Shown here: one piece after another, positions 31,977 to 40,508 of the stretch
Position numbering within the stretch: the first letter of the stretch is position 1
How the letters are laid out: each line of letters starts with the position of its first letter
DNA from: a virus
Lineage: Duplodnaviria; Caudoviricetes
Strand: one strand, 5' to 3'
Virus record (IMG/VR): IMGVR_UViG_3300006930_000001
Location: 11,121-75,120 of that record
DNA length: 64,000 nucleotides
Program-made: the position numbers and the translations under genes
The notes under the pieces: generated by a model
What the model saw: only the letters and a program-made list of their open reading frames with translations
What the model was told of the DNA's origin: nothing
The model's database searches: none

Positions 31977-32008
31977 TTAAGTTTATTTAGATACTTTTAT
32001 AAACTTAA
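31977..32008. promoter_or_regulatory. 10-bp inverted repeat overlapping a TATA box
   Basis: TTAAGTTTAT-N12-ATAAACTTAA overlapping TTTATAAA upstream of 32077. Confidence 0.5.
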
Positions 32009-32076
32009 ACATAGATATAGTATGTGCAGATGATTAGAGCCGATGGCTGAGGCGATAATCCTGCAGGAATAAAAAC

Positions 32077-32274
32077 ATGGATGGAATAGAACAGATCAGA
32101 TCACTTCTCGAAAGCGATCTTAGATGGTGCCTTATTCATAAAGATGACCTTGATGATGATGGTGATAAGTTTAACAGGGGATACTGTTCAGGGAGAATAG
32201 GGCTGATAAAAGATCTCCTGTCAGAATTGACCGTTATAAAAATGCAAGAAGAGATCAACCATGAATCAAATTAA
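32077..32274 (+). CDS. Hypothetical protein
   Basis: 65-aa ORF. Confidence 0.5.
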   Translation: MDGIEQIRSLLESDLRWCLIHKDDLDDDGDKFNRGYCSGRIGLIKDLLSELTVIKMQEEINHESN

Positions 32275-32662
32275 AAACCTGGTTCTTCTCCTGGCTGTAT
32301 TGCTCGCGTTCTTCAGTTTCGCGATCAGTTATTCAACACTTGAGAACCTGGCCGAGAAAGAGGGAGTTAATCCCTCTGCTCTGTTCCCGTTAATAATTGA
32401 CGGGATAATTATCCTGGCATTAATCTGGAGATTATACGGTCAGAATAAGGACGAAAGTAGGCTTGTGATGGCTGCATATGTGATCTTATCGATTGCGCTT
32501 AATGCAGTCTCACATATGTCTATATTGGGTGCAATCATGGCTGCGGTTGCACCTATTAGCCTGTTCGTGACTTCAGAGATATCAGCGTGCATGATGCGAA
32601 CTAATACGGGTATCAAGAAGAGAGATGAGAAGGGAAGATTTGTAAAACAAACCGAGGCTTAA
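32261..32662 (+). CDS. DUF2637-like multi-pass membrane protein
   Basis: AFFSFAISYSTL, LFPLIIDG, SIALNAVSH, AVAPISLF; paralog of 45059-45724. Confidence 0.65.
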   Translation: MNQIKNLVLLLAVLLAFFSFAISYSTLENLAEKEGVNPSALFPLIIDGIIILALIWRLYGQNKDESRLVMAAYVILSIALNAVSHMSILGAIMAAVAPISLFVTSEISACMMRTNTGIKKRDEKGRFVKQTEA

Positions 32663-32665
32663 AAT

Positions 32666-33034
32666 ATGGCTGTAAATACACTTAATACATTATACGGTAT
32701 CGAACAGAGAATAAAGGCGCTGGAGATCGAACTTAAAGATCTCCGTGGTCAGGAAAAGAAATTAATCGGTCAGTGCCTTGAATCAAAAAGTATGGAAAAC
32801 AGATACTATCGGCTGACCAATAAGGTGATCAGGGGTGACAGAAAGATCGATATCGTTCTCCTGAAAGAGAAATATCCTGATATTGCACCTGCAATTATCA
32901 AAGAAACAGTTTCCGTGACCGATGCAAAAAAGAAACTCGGGGATGATTTGATCGATCAGATCAGTACTCGTCAGGCCGATTCTATAACCTGGTTCGTTGA
33001 GAAAAAAGAATCATCTCCCGTGGTGGTGGTCTGA
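32666..33034 (+). CDS. Hypothetical protein
   Basis: 122 aa with N-terminal coiled coil. Confidence 0.6.
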   Translation: MAVNTLNTLYGIEQRIKALEIELKDLRGQEKKLIGQCLESKSMENRYYRLTNKVIRGDRKIDIVLLKEKYPDIAPAIIKETVSVTDAKKKLGDDLIDQISTRQADSITWFVEKKESSPVVVV

Positions 33035-33250
33035 ATGACTGCCTGGATATCTGACTCACCAAAAACAAAAAAGGCACTTAAACAGATGATAGGGCAATCT
33101 ATCACTGTTGTAAATCCTCATCCTATGTCTGCATATGGCATGGATCATCCATTAAATGGTATTGCCGTTGTTGGTCCTGGAGCATATGAAAGAAAATGGT
33201 ATGCCCAGGTCTGGACAGACAAAGATGGTATTCTCCTGAAGGTGAAATAA
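33035..33250 (+). CDS. Hypothetical protein
   Basis: 71 aa; GPGAYERKWYAQV. Confidence 0.55.
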   Translation: MTAWISDSPKTKKALKQMIGQSITVVNPHPMSAYGMDHPLNGIAVVGPGAYERKWYAQVWTDKDGILLKVK

Positions 33251-33846
33251 TGAGCCTTCAATTATTTGGTGGATTATGGCTTACTGAACATCGAAAGGGG
33301 GGAAAGATGACAGGGAAGGATTCAATAATGATCTCTCATCCTCCTTTCTGTGATCGGACCTGTGGTATATGTGGGTCCTGCTACTCAAAAAAGATGAGTA
33401 AATACAGAAAGTATCTGCAAAAAAGGCAGGACCAGAATACAAAGGTATTGAATAAACCTGGCTGTATCATTCATAAATTCAATACATTGGACAGAACCAT
33501 AAGATGGTTATCCACTGGCGAACTGTGGTCTGATCAGATGTTCGAAAATATTTGCCTCTTCGCAATAGAGAATAATCATCTTTATCATGTGATCTGGACA
33601 AAAAGAGCGGGTATAGTTCGGCGGTGTTCGCGTATAATACCAAATAACCTGGGGCTGATATGGTCTGCTACAAAGATCGATTATCCTAAACCCTTTGTGC
33701 CTAAAGGGTTTGATATCGGCTTCTGGGTCTATTCATCAGAAGATAAACTTCCTGATAATGCAATCCACTGCACAAAAAAGTGCTCAACCTGTGGATTCTG
33801 CTACCGTCCTGGATCAAAAGGTATCGTCTGTGAGGTGCTTAAATGA
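33250..33846 (+). CDS. GP88-like Cys-cluster protein
   Basis: CDRTCGICGSCYSKK, IRWLSTGEL, IWTKR and C-terminal C...C..C..C; start ATG 33250 overlaps the upstream TAA. Confidence 0.55.
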   Translation: MSLQLFGGLWLTEHRKGGKMTGKDSIMISHPPFCDRTCGICGSCYSKKMSKYRKYLQKRQDQNTKVLNKPGCIIHKFNTLDRTIRWLSTGELWSDQMFENICLFAIENNHLYHVIWTKRAGIVRRCSRIIPNNLGLIWSATKIDYPKPFVPKGFDIGFWVYSSEDKLPDNAIHCTKKCSTCGFCYRPGSKGIVCEVLK

Positions 33847-33908
33847 TAGATGATTATTATTTGGTGCTGCTGCTCCTGGTAATTATCATTTTCATAATCA
33901 TAATTTAA
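33843..33908 (+). CDS. 21-aa single-TM micropeptide
   Basis: MIDDYYLVLLLLVIIIFIIII; ATGA overlap with the upstream gene. Confidence 0.4.
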   Translation: MIDDYYLVLLLLVIIIFIIII

Positions 33909-33924
33909 TTTTTGAGGTGCTAAA

Positions 33925-34398
33925 ATGTATCAATCAAATAAAGAAGAAAGCAAAAACATCAGGGAATTATTTAAAACTGATAAATCCCTATCTCGGTATA
34001 AATTAGTACAGAATGGGCATGGAACCGGGACCGCTTACGGGTGGATTCATGTTACCGTAACTTATCCCGATGGTGAATATACAGAAAATTCGTATAACTA
34101 TCAACGGCATGATGAAAGAATGAGGATCTATTTCCTGATAAAAAATATCGTTGGTCGTGGTGATCGGCAGGATGATTCTCAATCAGATTATTTCTGCGAG
34201 AATATACTATTGGATTTTATTTCTGAATCATCCTGGAAAGAAAAAAATTCCTGGAAAGAAAGAAGAAAACAAAACCGGATTAAACATCAGACCTGTCCCA
34301 ATTGTGGAACAATTGTTAAAGAGTTCAGAAGATGGGGATATCATTTTGTCAGATGCTGCCCTAAATGTGAAACTCAATGGGAACATGGATCGGCGTGA
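33925..34398 (+). CDS. Hypothetical protein with C-terminal Zn ribbon
   Basis: CPNC...CCPKC. Confidence 0.6.
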   Translation: MYQSNKEESKNIRELFKTDKSLSRYKLVQNGHGTGTAYGWIHVTVTYPDGEYTENSYNYQRHDERMRIYFLIKNIVGRGDRQDDSQSDYFCENILLDFISESSWKEKNSWKERRKQNRIKHQTCPNCGTIVKEFRRWGYHFVRCCPKCETQWEHGSA

Positions 34399-34402
34399 TA
34401 AA

Positions 34403-34564
34403 ATGAAATACTATCTTCTTACCCATACCATTTATTCTTTTGATGCTGATTCTGATGAAGAGGCGATCAAAATATCTGAAGAATCATCTGATATGAATAC
34501 CGAATCTGAATCTTTTATCACTCTAACATCTGAAAACATGAGATTGATAAAAGATTATCAGTGA
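34403..34564 (+). CDS. Small acidic hypothetical protein
   Basis: MKYYLLTHTIYSFDADSDEEAIKI...; last gene of the plus block. Confidence 0.45.
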   Translation: MKYYLLTHTIYSFDADSDEEAIKISEESSDMNTESESFITLTSENMRLIKDYQ

Positions 34565-34662
34565 TATTACATCACTAACCTTTTTTGTGAACATCACTAT
34601 AAACCTCTGGTGATATCACTGACTCTCAACCGACAAAAGGACTCCGGACGGAAGGACACTGG

Positions 34663-34762
34663 TTTTTCGCGGAGCGAAAAATTCAACGGAGTTGAACCGT
34701 AGGCAAGTGGACTGACGGACGGAGTCCGGAAGGTAACGGTGTCCTGACGGACGGAGTCCGTC
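34663..34762 (+). repeat. Four C[GGA]G triloop hairpins, including a 17-bp direct repeat
   Basis: TTTTTCGC-GGA-GCGAAAAA (34663-81), TTCAAC-GGA-GTTGAA (34682-96), CGGAC-GGA-GTCCG (34716-28), GACGGAC-GGA-GTCCGTC (34746-62); CTGACGGACGGAGTCCG at 34712 and 34744. Confidence 0.85.
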
Positions 34763-35031
34763 GCCCGCCAGACATCATTCGAATAAACAAATACGGGTAT
34801 TGGCATTAAATTCTGCGCTCTATACTATGCAAAATTATTCTGGCAGGTTTTTGTTTTCCGGCATTTGCAAATTTTTCAACGACATGCACACAGCGGGCCG
34901 AGGATGGCAAATCACACCTGGCATGGTATGATGTTAGGTCTTGTAGTCTGCCGCTCGACTACGTCTCGCTATGTGCGTGTAAAAATTGAGTGATATCCCA
35001 GGCGTGGTCCGGGCCGCACATGCCGGGTATA

Positions 35032-35053
35032 GTTCCAGTGGAAATGAAGGGGT
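35032..35053 (+). promoter_or_regulatory. Archaeal origin recognition box (ORB)-like element
   Basis: GTTCCAGTGGAAATGAAGGGGT matches the TCCA..GGAAA plus G-string ORB consensus bound by Orc1/Cdc6. Confidence 0.65.
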
Positions 35054-35081
35054 AGAAGTGCAGCATAGTTTGTCGTAGAAA

Positions 35082-35456
35082 TTAGTATTCTTCTTTATGC
35101 TCCATTCTATGACAATTTGCACATAAAATGATACATTTCTTGGCTTCTTGTTCAAGGGAACGCATAGATCGTGTAAATGGTGCCAGACCAAACGATTTTT
35201 CTTCTATATGATGAAAATCGAATACACAACTATTTTCTTCGGTTGCTTTCAATCCACAATTCTTACATTTGGATCCAAGCATCTGTATAAGAATCCATTT
35301 CTTATTCCTGATACGTTCTACACATTTTTGTTTCCTTCCAGGAGAAGAATTGTATTCTTTAATTTTTTCTTTGTTGATTATCCTACGTTGACGGTGATAC
35401 TCTTTTGGATCGTCCTTCACAGATACCGTTATTAACGGATTGCGTGGTTTTACCAT
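35082..35456 (-). CDS. HNH endonuclease
   Basis: CKNC...FDFHH...KKCIILCANCHRMEH. Confidence 0.85.
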   Translation of the reverse strand: MVKPRNPLITVSVKDDPKEYHRQRRIINKEKIKEYNSSPGRKQKCVERIRNKKWILIQMLGSKCKNCGLKATEENSCVFDFHHIEEKSFGLAPFTRSMRSLEQEAKKCIILCANCHRMEHKEEY

Positions 35457-35547
35457 GATTTATAATTGCGTTTTAAAAAATATAAATTTGTCGGAGAATG
35501 TTCGTTTGGCGCAATTACAATTTTCCAGGTCCGTTTGTCAAAAGAGG

Positions 35548-36315
35548 TTATTCCTGGAGGAGTATCTCATCTATAGCCCAATCAGGATTATTTATTTTGT
35601 ATATTCGTGCTTCTACGTGGTGGTTTATCGGTTCCGGGAGTTTATTGTATAGTGGCTGGCCATCCTCGCCCACATCTGCAAACCTCATGAATATTGAATC
35701 GTTCCACAAATGCATTGGGATGCCTCCCATATATGTCTCCCAGGATTCTATTTTACGGAATTCTTCTGGCTTTCTTTCAAGATCCCTGCGCCATCGCATC
35801 TGGAAAGTGACATATTTCTTCAGGAATTGCTGATGCTCTACTTCAAGTAAATCGACTTTTGGATTCTCTGGTTCCTGTTCCTTGTCAATAGAATACAATT
35901 TTCTAATAAATGATGCTACTGCAATATTCATATTGATTTTGAACCTATCACCATCAGTATTTTTCCATACCAAACGATTTGCTTTCATAAAATCTACACC
36001 AGAACCAGCAACACCTTCCTCAAGATAGATTGCCATCTCTGCATATGTGAGATATACACCTTCATGATACGGATGTTCTAATATACCTTCTATAGATTCT
36101 ATTGGACGCAATACATCATGCGGTTTTACAATTTTTGAAATACGTCTAAAGACATGAGCATGTATTGTATCATCATAATAATAATCATGGTCCTCTCCAA
36201 ATTCACATTTCTTGATTGCTATTATTTTTGAAGGAACATTTAATCTTCCATTCATGGATCTTTTATTTGCACAAATTAAGAGACAACTTTTACGTGGCAA
36301 AATATCATTCTCCAT
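35548..36315 (-). CDS. Protein with N-terminal AbrB/SpoVT-like domain and unknown C-terminal region
   Basis: Likely start MENDILPRK at 36315; GRLNVPSKII...CEFGEDHDYYYD...HVFRRI. Confidence 0.55.
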   Translation of the reverse strand: MENDILPRKSCLLICANKRSMNGRLNVPSKIIAIKKCEFGEDHDYYYDDTIHAHVFRRISKIVKPHDVLRPIESIEGILEHPYHEGVYLTYAEMAIYLEEGVAGSGVDFMKANRLVWKNTDGDRFKINMNIAVASFIRKLYSIDKEQEPENPKVDLLEVEHQQFLKKYVTFQMRWRRDLERKPEEFRKIESWETYMGGIPMHLWNDSIFMRFADVGEDGQPLYNKLPEPINHHVEARIYKINNPDWAIDEILLQE

Positions 36316-36496
36316 CTTTTGACTGCTGTTTTGAAATTCGCTTGAAGACATGAGCATCCAATTCCTTATCATAATAGTATTCGTGGTCTTCACCAAACTC
36401 ACAACTATGCGCTTTGATAGCATCTGCAGGAACTGTCAATCTTCCAGATTCCCTCGATTTTGCCATCCTTGTCAAAAGCGTTGTTTTACGTGGCAT
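36305..36496 (-). CDS. AbrB/SpoVT-like small DNA-binding protein
   Basis: GRLTVPADAIKAHSCEFGEDHEYYYDKELDAHVFKRI resembles the GRITIP..IR..LGI..GD swapped-hairpin pattern; paralog of the next gene's N-terminus. Confidence 0.55.
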   Translation of the reverse strand: MPRKTTLLTRMAKSRESGRLTVPADAIKAHSCEFGEDHEYYYDKELDAHVFKRISKQQSKDGE

Positions 36497-36553
36497 TATT
36501 CATAATCGTTGCGTCTCTATATATTTTTTGCGTCTCTTCTTGTCGTCGCATAG

Positions 36554-36730
36554 TGCAGTCTCTAACAAAAGGTGCAGTCTGCAACTTTCTATTTGGACTG
36601 CAAGGCTCAATGCTATGATGGTCCGTTGCAGTCTCTAACAAAAGGTGCAGTCTGCAACTTTCTATTTGGACTGCAAGGCTCAATGCTATGATGGTCCGTT
36701 GCAGTCTCTAACAAAAGGTGCAGTCTGCAA
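36554..36730. repeat. Perfect 73-bp tandem repeat (about 2.4 copies)
   Basis: Units start at 36554, 36627 and 36700; each full unit has TGCAGTC twice plus inverted GACTGCA. Confidence 0.95.
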
Positions 36731-37645
36731 AACGGTTGCAGTCCATAACTTTTTACCTCATGCAATCCAATACTATTGTGCAGCGTGTGATCGCCTTCAC
36801 GACTGCATCCATGTAAAATTATTTCCTGCAGCAATACAGGGAATCTCAAAGCCTCTTCGATGCACCAGCCATGTATCGAACACAAATAACCTTTCAGGAG
36901 AAAATAGCCGTTCTCCTGCTTCCAGGGACCACAAATCCCTGGCTACTTTTGATACACATCTTTTCAACAACTCTAAACCATTTGCAGAGCCGCCAGGCGA
37001 TGCTCCATTACCAGAACTATACAAACTGTTTTATTCGTGATCTTTATAACACTAAATATTATAATACTAAATTTTACTCAAGAACTGAACACAGATCGTC
37101 ATATGGACTTTTATTCTTGCTGCTTTTAAATATGCCTAAATTACGCTCTATTTTCCCGGATAATACCCGTAAAATGATATCTCAAAAATGCTAATTCACG
37201 CGTATATAGAATAAGAAATAAAAAAGAGGGTTTCAAAACTACTATCGCGCGAGGGAGGTTAAACACATCTTAAATTGGGCTTATTTTTACGAACGAGGCC
37301 CAACTTATCTATTAGTTTTACATCCATATATAAACTACGTCAAATACTTTCTAACATAAACTAATGCTATTTTGCGTTCAAAAATACCGATTGTGCAACA
37401 ATCATAATATTACTTTAAATATATCCTGGATGTCATTTAGTTGACTCAAACGCTATGCCATTTTACAAAGTAAAACGATCAACCATACCACCCACGATCA
37501 GATCGGCCATTTTTACCCCCCTGGCATTCGTTTGGTGAAAGTTCTGGTAATCGAGCAACCTGGTGGTTGCACCCATTATGCATCGACTTCTGCCCAAACC
37601 AGTATTACGATTATCCAGGTTCGTAATATTATCAAAAAAGATTTA

Positions 37646-37834
37646 TTAAAAGAATGTCTTTTTAATGTCAATGATTCGTGCTACGATACTGATTATCAGT
37701 AACACTGCAAAGACCTGTTCTAACCAGAACATGACATAACTGTTTTGCGTATGAAGGTAACAATCTTGCCATTGCAGATCTGGTATATCATATTGCTTGA
37801 AGAAACTGCATTCATTTCGCACTTCTTTTCGCAT
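37646..37834 (-). CDS. Small membrane protein
   Basis: 62 aa with C-terminal TM segment. Confidence 0.45.
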   Translation of the reverse strand: MRKEVRNECSFFKQYDIPDLQWQDCYLHTQNSYVMFWLEQVFAVLLIISIVARIIDIKKTFF

Positions 37835-37850
37835 CTATCACATTGGTAAA

Positions 37851-38039
37851 TCATAATTGTTCCTCAATGCATAGGATATTTGCCTGGATACCGGCATATT
37901 CTATGTCAATAATTCGGTATTTTTTGTTTCCATTCACAACACATTCACCGATCCTTGGAAAAAATAGTGGATCTCTTACGACACAAATTGTCTCAATTCG
38001 TTTATTTTCTTCCACCAGTTCATAATTGACGATTCGCAT
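37851..38039 (-). CDS. Hypothetical protein
   Basis: 62-aa ORF in the minus-strand cluster. Confidence 0.5.
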   Translation of the reverse strand: MRIVNYELVEENKRIETICVVRDPLFFPRIGECVVNGNKKYRIIDIEYAGIQANILCIEEQL

Positions 38040-38068
38040 GATTTTCTCACAGTAATTTTATTGGTAAA

Positions 38069-38269
38069 TCATTCATAATCCTCTGGATTATAATCTGGTG
38101 ATCTGAGTATATGTTCTCCCCGGAGTTCGGTTTCTTCATCAACAAATATCAGGTTTAATGCAACCAATTTGATATTTTCTGGCTTCAATGCAAGCGTAGA
38201 TGCCATACCTTTCTTGTAAGCATCAACCAGTTCTTGTAGTTCTGAAAAATTGAGTTTAAGTTCTTTCAT
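38069..38269 (-). CDS. Hypothetical protein
   Basis: 66-aa ORF. Confidence 0.5.
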   Translation of the reverse strand: MKELKLNFSELQELVDAYKKGMASTLALKPENIKLVALNLIFVDEETELRGEHILRSPDYNPEDYE

Positions 38270-38368
38270 ACAATTTCCTCGTCATGTTCAAGTTTAAATT
38301 CTCCGGAGTCTCCTGCGATTTGAGTAGATTTATTAGTCTTTCCTTGAAGCATCTCACTTATTCTGGGG

Positions 38369-38698
38369 TCATATAATCCCATTATCAACGAAATTGCTGC
38401 ATTTGTTGTGATCATCACGATATTTCACTTCCATTAATCCCCAGGGTTCATACATACGACACAAATGAATAAATGGACATCCTGTGCCTGGACACCTATA
38501 AAATCTTACTCGATCAGAAGGTTCGTGTGCTTTGGTTGGTCCATGTAGATTGTTGCAATTGTTTGTTTCGGTTCTTCGCTCTCGTCCAGTTAAGGACTTG
38601 TAGGCCATTGCATACTTTGGATAAAGAGGGTGGGATTCACCCAATGCATCCATGATGTCTACAATATCAGATAGGTTTATTTTGATTTCAAATTCCAT
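38369..38698 (-). CDS. Hypothetical Cys-rich protein
   Basis: CPGTGCPFIHLCRMY...CSNF. Confidence 0.55.
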   Translation of the reverse strand: MEFEIKINLSDIVDIMDALGESHPLYPKYAMAYKSLTGRERRTETNNCNNLHGPTKAHEPSDRVRFYRCPGTGCPFIHLCRMYEPWGLMEVKYRDDHNKCSNFVDNGII

Positions 38699-38967
38699 TA
38701 TACCAGATCCAATAATGAAAGGAGTTCAGATTCGGTCTCTCTATTGCCATAGAGACGATGATGTGTTGCTCTTTTTTGCAGAACTTCTTTTAGTTTGGCC
38801 ATTGGATCATCTGGCAATGGACAATCATCTGGCAATGTTCCTTCAAATTCTCCTTCGAGATATTTATTGATGTCAGTGTTTTCTTTTTCGGGATGCTGAC
38901 AATCTCCCCATGTTTTATCCGCGAAATGACAATCATTACAATTGTCTATTTTCAATATTTTGGTCAT
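38698..38967 (-). CDS. Hypothetical protein (Cys cluster)
   Basis: Likely start MTKILKIDNCNDC; CQHP; LPDDCPL. Confidence 0.55.
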   Translation of the reverse strand: MTKILKIDNCNDCHFADKTWGDCQHPEKENTDINKYLEGEFEGTLPDDCPLPDDPMAKLKEVLQKRATHHRLYGNRETESELLSLLDLV

Positions 38968-39446
38968 TTTATCCCGCCACGGAGTTTGTCGATGGCATAC
39001 TTCATGCATTCGGCAATAAGTTGCTGATCCACGGTCCTGGTGAATTCTCTACCAAATGTCTTGAGATGTTCGGCTACAACTTCACCAACAACCTTGTTAT
39101 ACATACCTTTTTCATTGTCATACCTTGATTCTTTCCACACCAATGCGCTTTCGATGTCTTTGACGATCAGTTTCCTTACAGTGGTTTCCTCTCCACGACT
39201 GCCCCATTTATCGACATGAATGAATGGTTTGTCAAGGAGATCTTCCATAATCGTTTCAAGCGTCTTGGATACAATCGCTGGTATCTGTGTATTCAATTCT
39301 GCATCAAATTTCTCTTTTACCAGTTTAACAACCACTGCTTCTGCTTTTGCAATGATTGCTGCCTCAACACGTTCTGCCACACCGATAGAGATGCATTCTC
39401 CATCATCGTTCTGAAAAATTTCAGATAAATCAATCTCTACTTTCAT
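38964..39446 (-). CDS. Hypothetical protein
   Basis: 160 aa helical. Confidence 0.65.
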   Translation of the reverse strand: MKVEIDLSEIFQNDDGECISIGVAERVEAAIIAKAEAVVVKLVKEKFDAELNTQIPAIVSKTLETIMEDLLDKPFIHVDKWGSRGEETTVRKLIVKDIESALVWKESRYDNEKGMYNKVVGEVVAEHLKTFGREFTRTVDQQLIAECMKYAIDKLRGGIK

Positions 39447-39624
39447 TGCGATTCTCCTTGTTTAGTTTCCTACGGCATTCTTTGCATTCGTCACGTTTTT
39501 CTGTGGTATCTTGGTCATATGCTTCAGGATTCTTGCCAAAGTATCCCCATTTTCCACAGAGAGATCGTCCATCTTCAATCCAATGGAACTTTTTGGCATT
39601 GAGAAGTTTTACCCATCCCCTCAT
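39430..39624 (-). CDS. Small Zn-finger protein
   Basis: H...SLCGKW...CKEC. Confidence 0.55.
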   Translation of the reverse strand: MRGWVKLLNAKKFHWIEDGRSLCGKWGYFGKNPEAYDQDTTEKRDECKECRRKLNKENRNESRD

Positions 39625-40049
39625 CTGATCATTTCCTCGACATTTTCAAGTGCATATAATGCAGGAAATGCACTAACAGAAAGATATTCCTCTTTCATTC
39701 GTTTGATGTAATCCCTGACTTCCTGGATCGGTTTCCTGATGTCCCAGGCTGCCCATGCTTCTGCTTCGGTTGGGTAATGATGCGTTCTCATGTTTACCGG
39801 ACACAATTCAACTTTATGCCTGTTTTCGCACTGTATTCTGTATCCACGGTCAACATAATACTCTGATACTGGATTTCCTCCGCAGAACGGACAGAGTTCA
39901 TGAATACAGCGATCTTCGAGTTGTCTCTCGGTTCTGCCGCATAATTTGCATACACCGAGGCCCCATTCACCAACAACTTCCTGTAGGTCTTCTGGAAGGT
40001 CAGGATCGTCTGGTTTCCAGCAAATATGAGCAGGATTGAATTCTTTCAT
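39621..40049 (-). CDS. Lar-like (restriction alleviation) Zn-ribbon protein
   Basis: ELCPFCGG...YRIQC...C...TEAEAWAAW. Confidence 0.55.
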   Translation of the reverse strand: MKEFNPAHICWKPDDPDLPEDLQEVVGEWGLGVCKLCGRTERQLEDRCIHELCPFCGGNPVSEYYVDRGYRIQCENRHKVELCPVNMRTHHYPTEAEAWAAWDIRKPIQEVRDYIKRMKEEYLSVSAFPALYALENVEEMIR

Positions 40050-40396
40050 TATTTCACCAGGATTGCTTGATACATGCCGCAGAAGTCATATTGCTCGCTG
40101 TTTACGAATCCACATGATGTAGAACTGATTCTATATCCTTCTGCAAGCAGTTTGTTCATCTGTGCTTTGTATTTGTCAGGATCCGAAGTCTCTACCACTT
40201 CTATGATGGTATCGCTATTATTTGTTCGATCAATTGCATCATCATACATTTTTACTGCAGCATCGAGTGAATGGGTTTCTGGTCCTCTAAAATGGCATAC
40301 AGGACAAAATACAAAATATACTTTTCCAATTCCATGTTCGAATGCAGATCCTGTTTGTAATTGTGCATTACAAAAGGGGCATTGGTCGTTTTTCAT
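40049..40396 (-). CDS. Lar-like Zn-ribbon protein
   Basis: CPFC...VFCPVCHFRGP...AVKMY. Confidence 0.55.
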   Translation of the reverse strand: MKNDQCPFCNAQLQTGSAFEHGIGKVYFVFCPVCHFRGPETHSLDAAVKMYDDAIDRTNNSDTIIEVVETSDPDKYKAQMNKLLAEGYRISSTSCGFVNSEQYDFCGMYQAILVK

Positions 40397-40508
40397 GGTT
40401 CCTCGTAATCAGGGCATTGATCTTTATGTTCATCCGGTTCATATGGACAATAAAAACCCAATACACACCATCCTTTGGCATCTTCATTGTCATAATATCT
40501 GCAAGTTT

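Noticed and set aside
36554-36730. Mini-CRISPR array
   Set aside because: The would-be spacers are identical and the whole 73-bp unit repeats; no CRISPR-like repeat end or cas genes
36645-37194. ORFs across the tandem repeat and AT-rich tract
   Set aside because: Overlapping frames on both strands broken by the 73-bp unit; no motifs or coupling to neighbours
37601-37630. AGTATTACGA/TCGTAATATT inverted repeat as another operator
   Set aside because: Arm spacing is N14, not N3, and it lies at a gene 3' end; more likely an RNA hairpin
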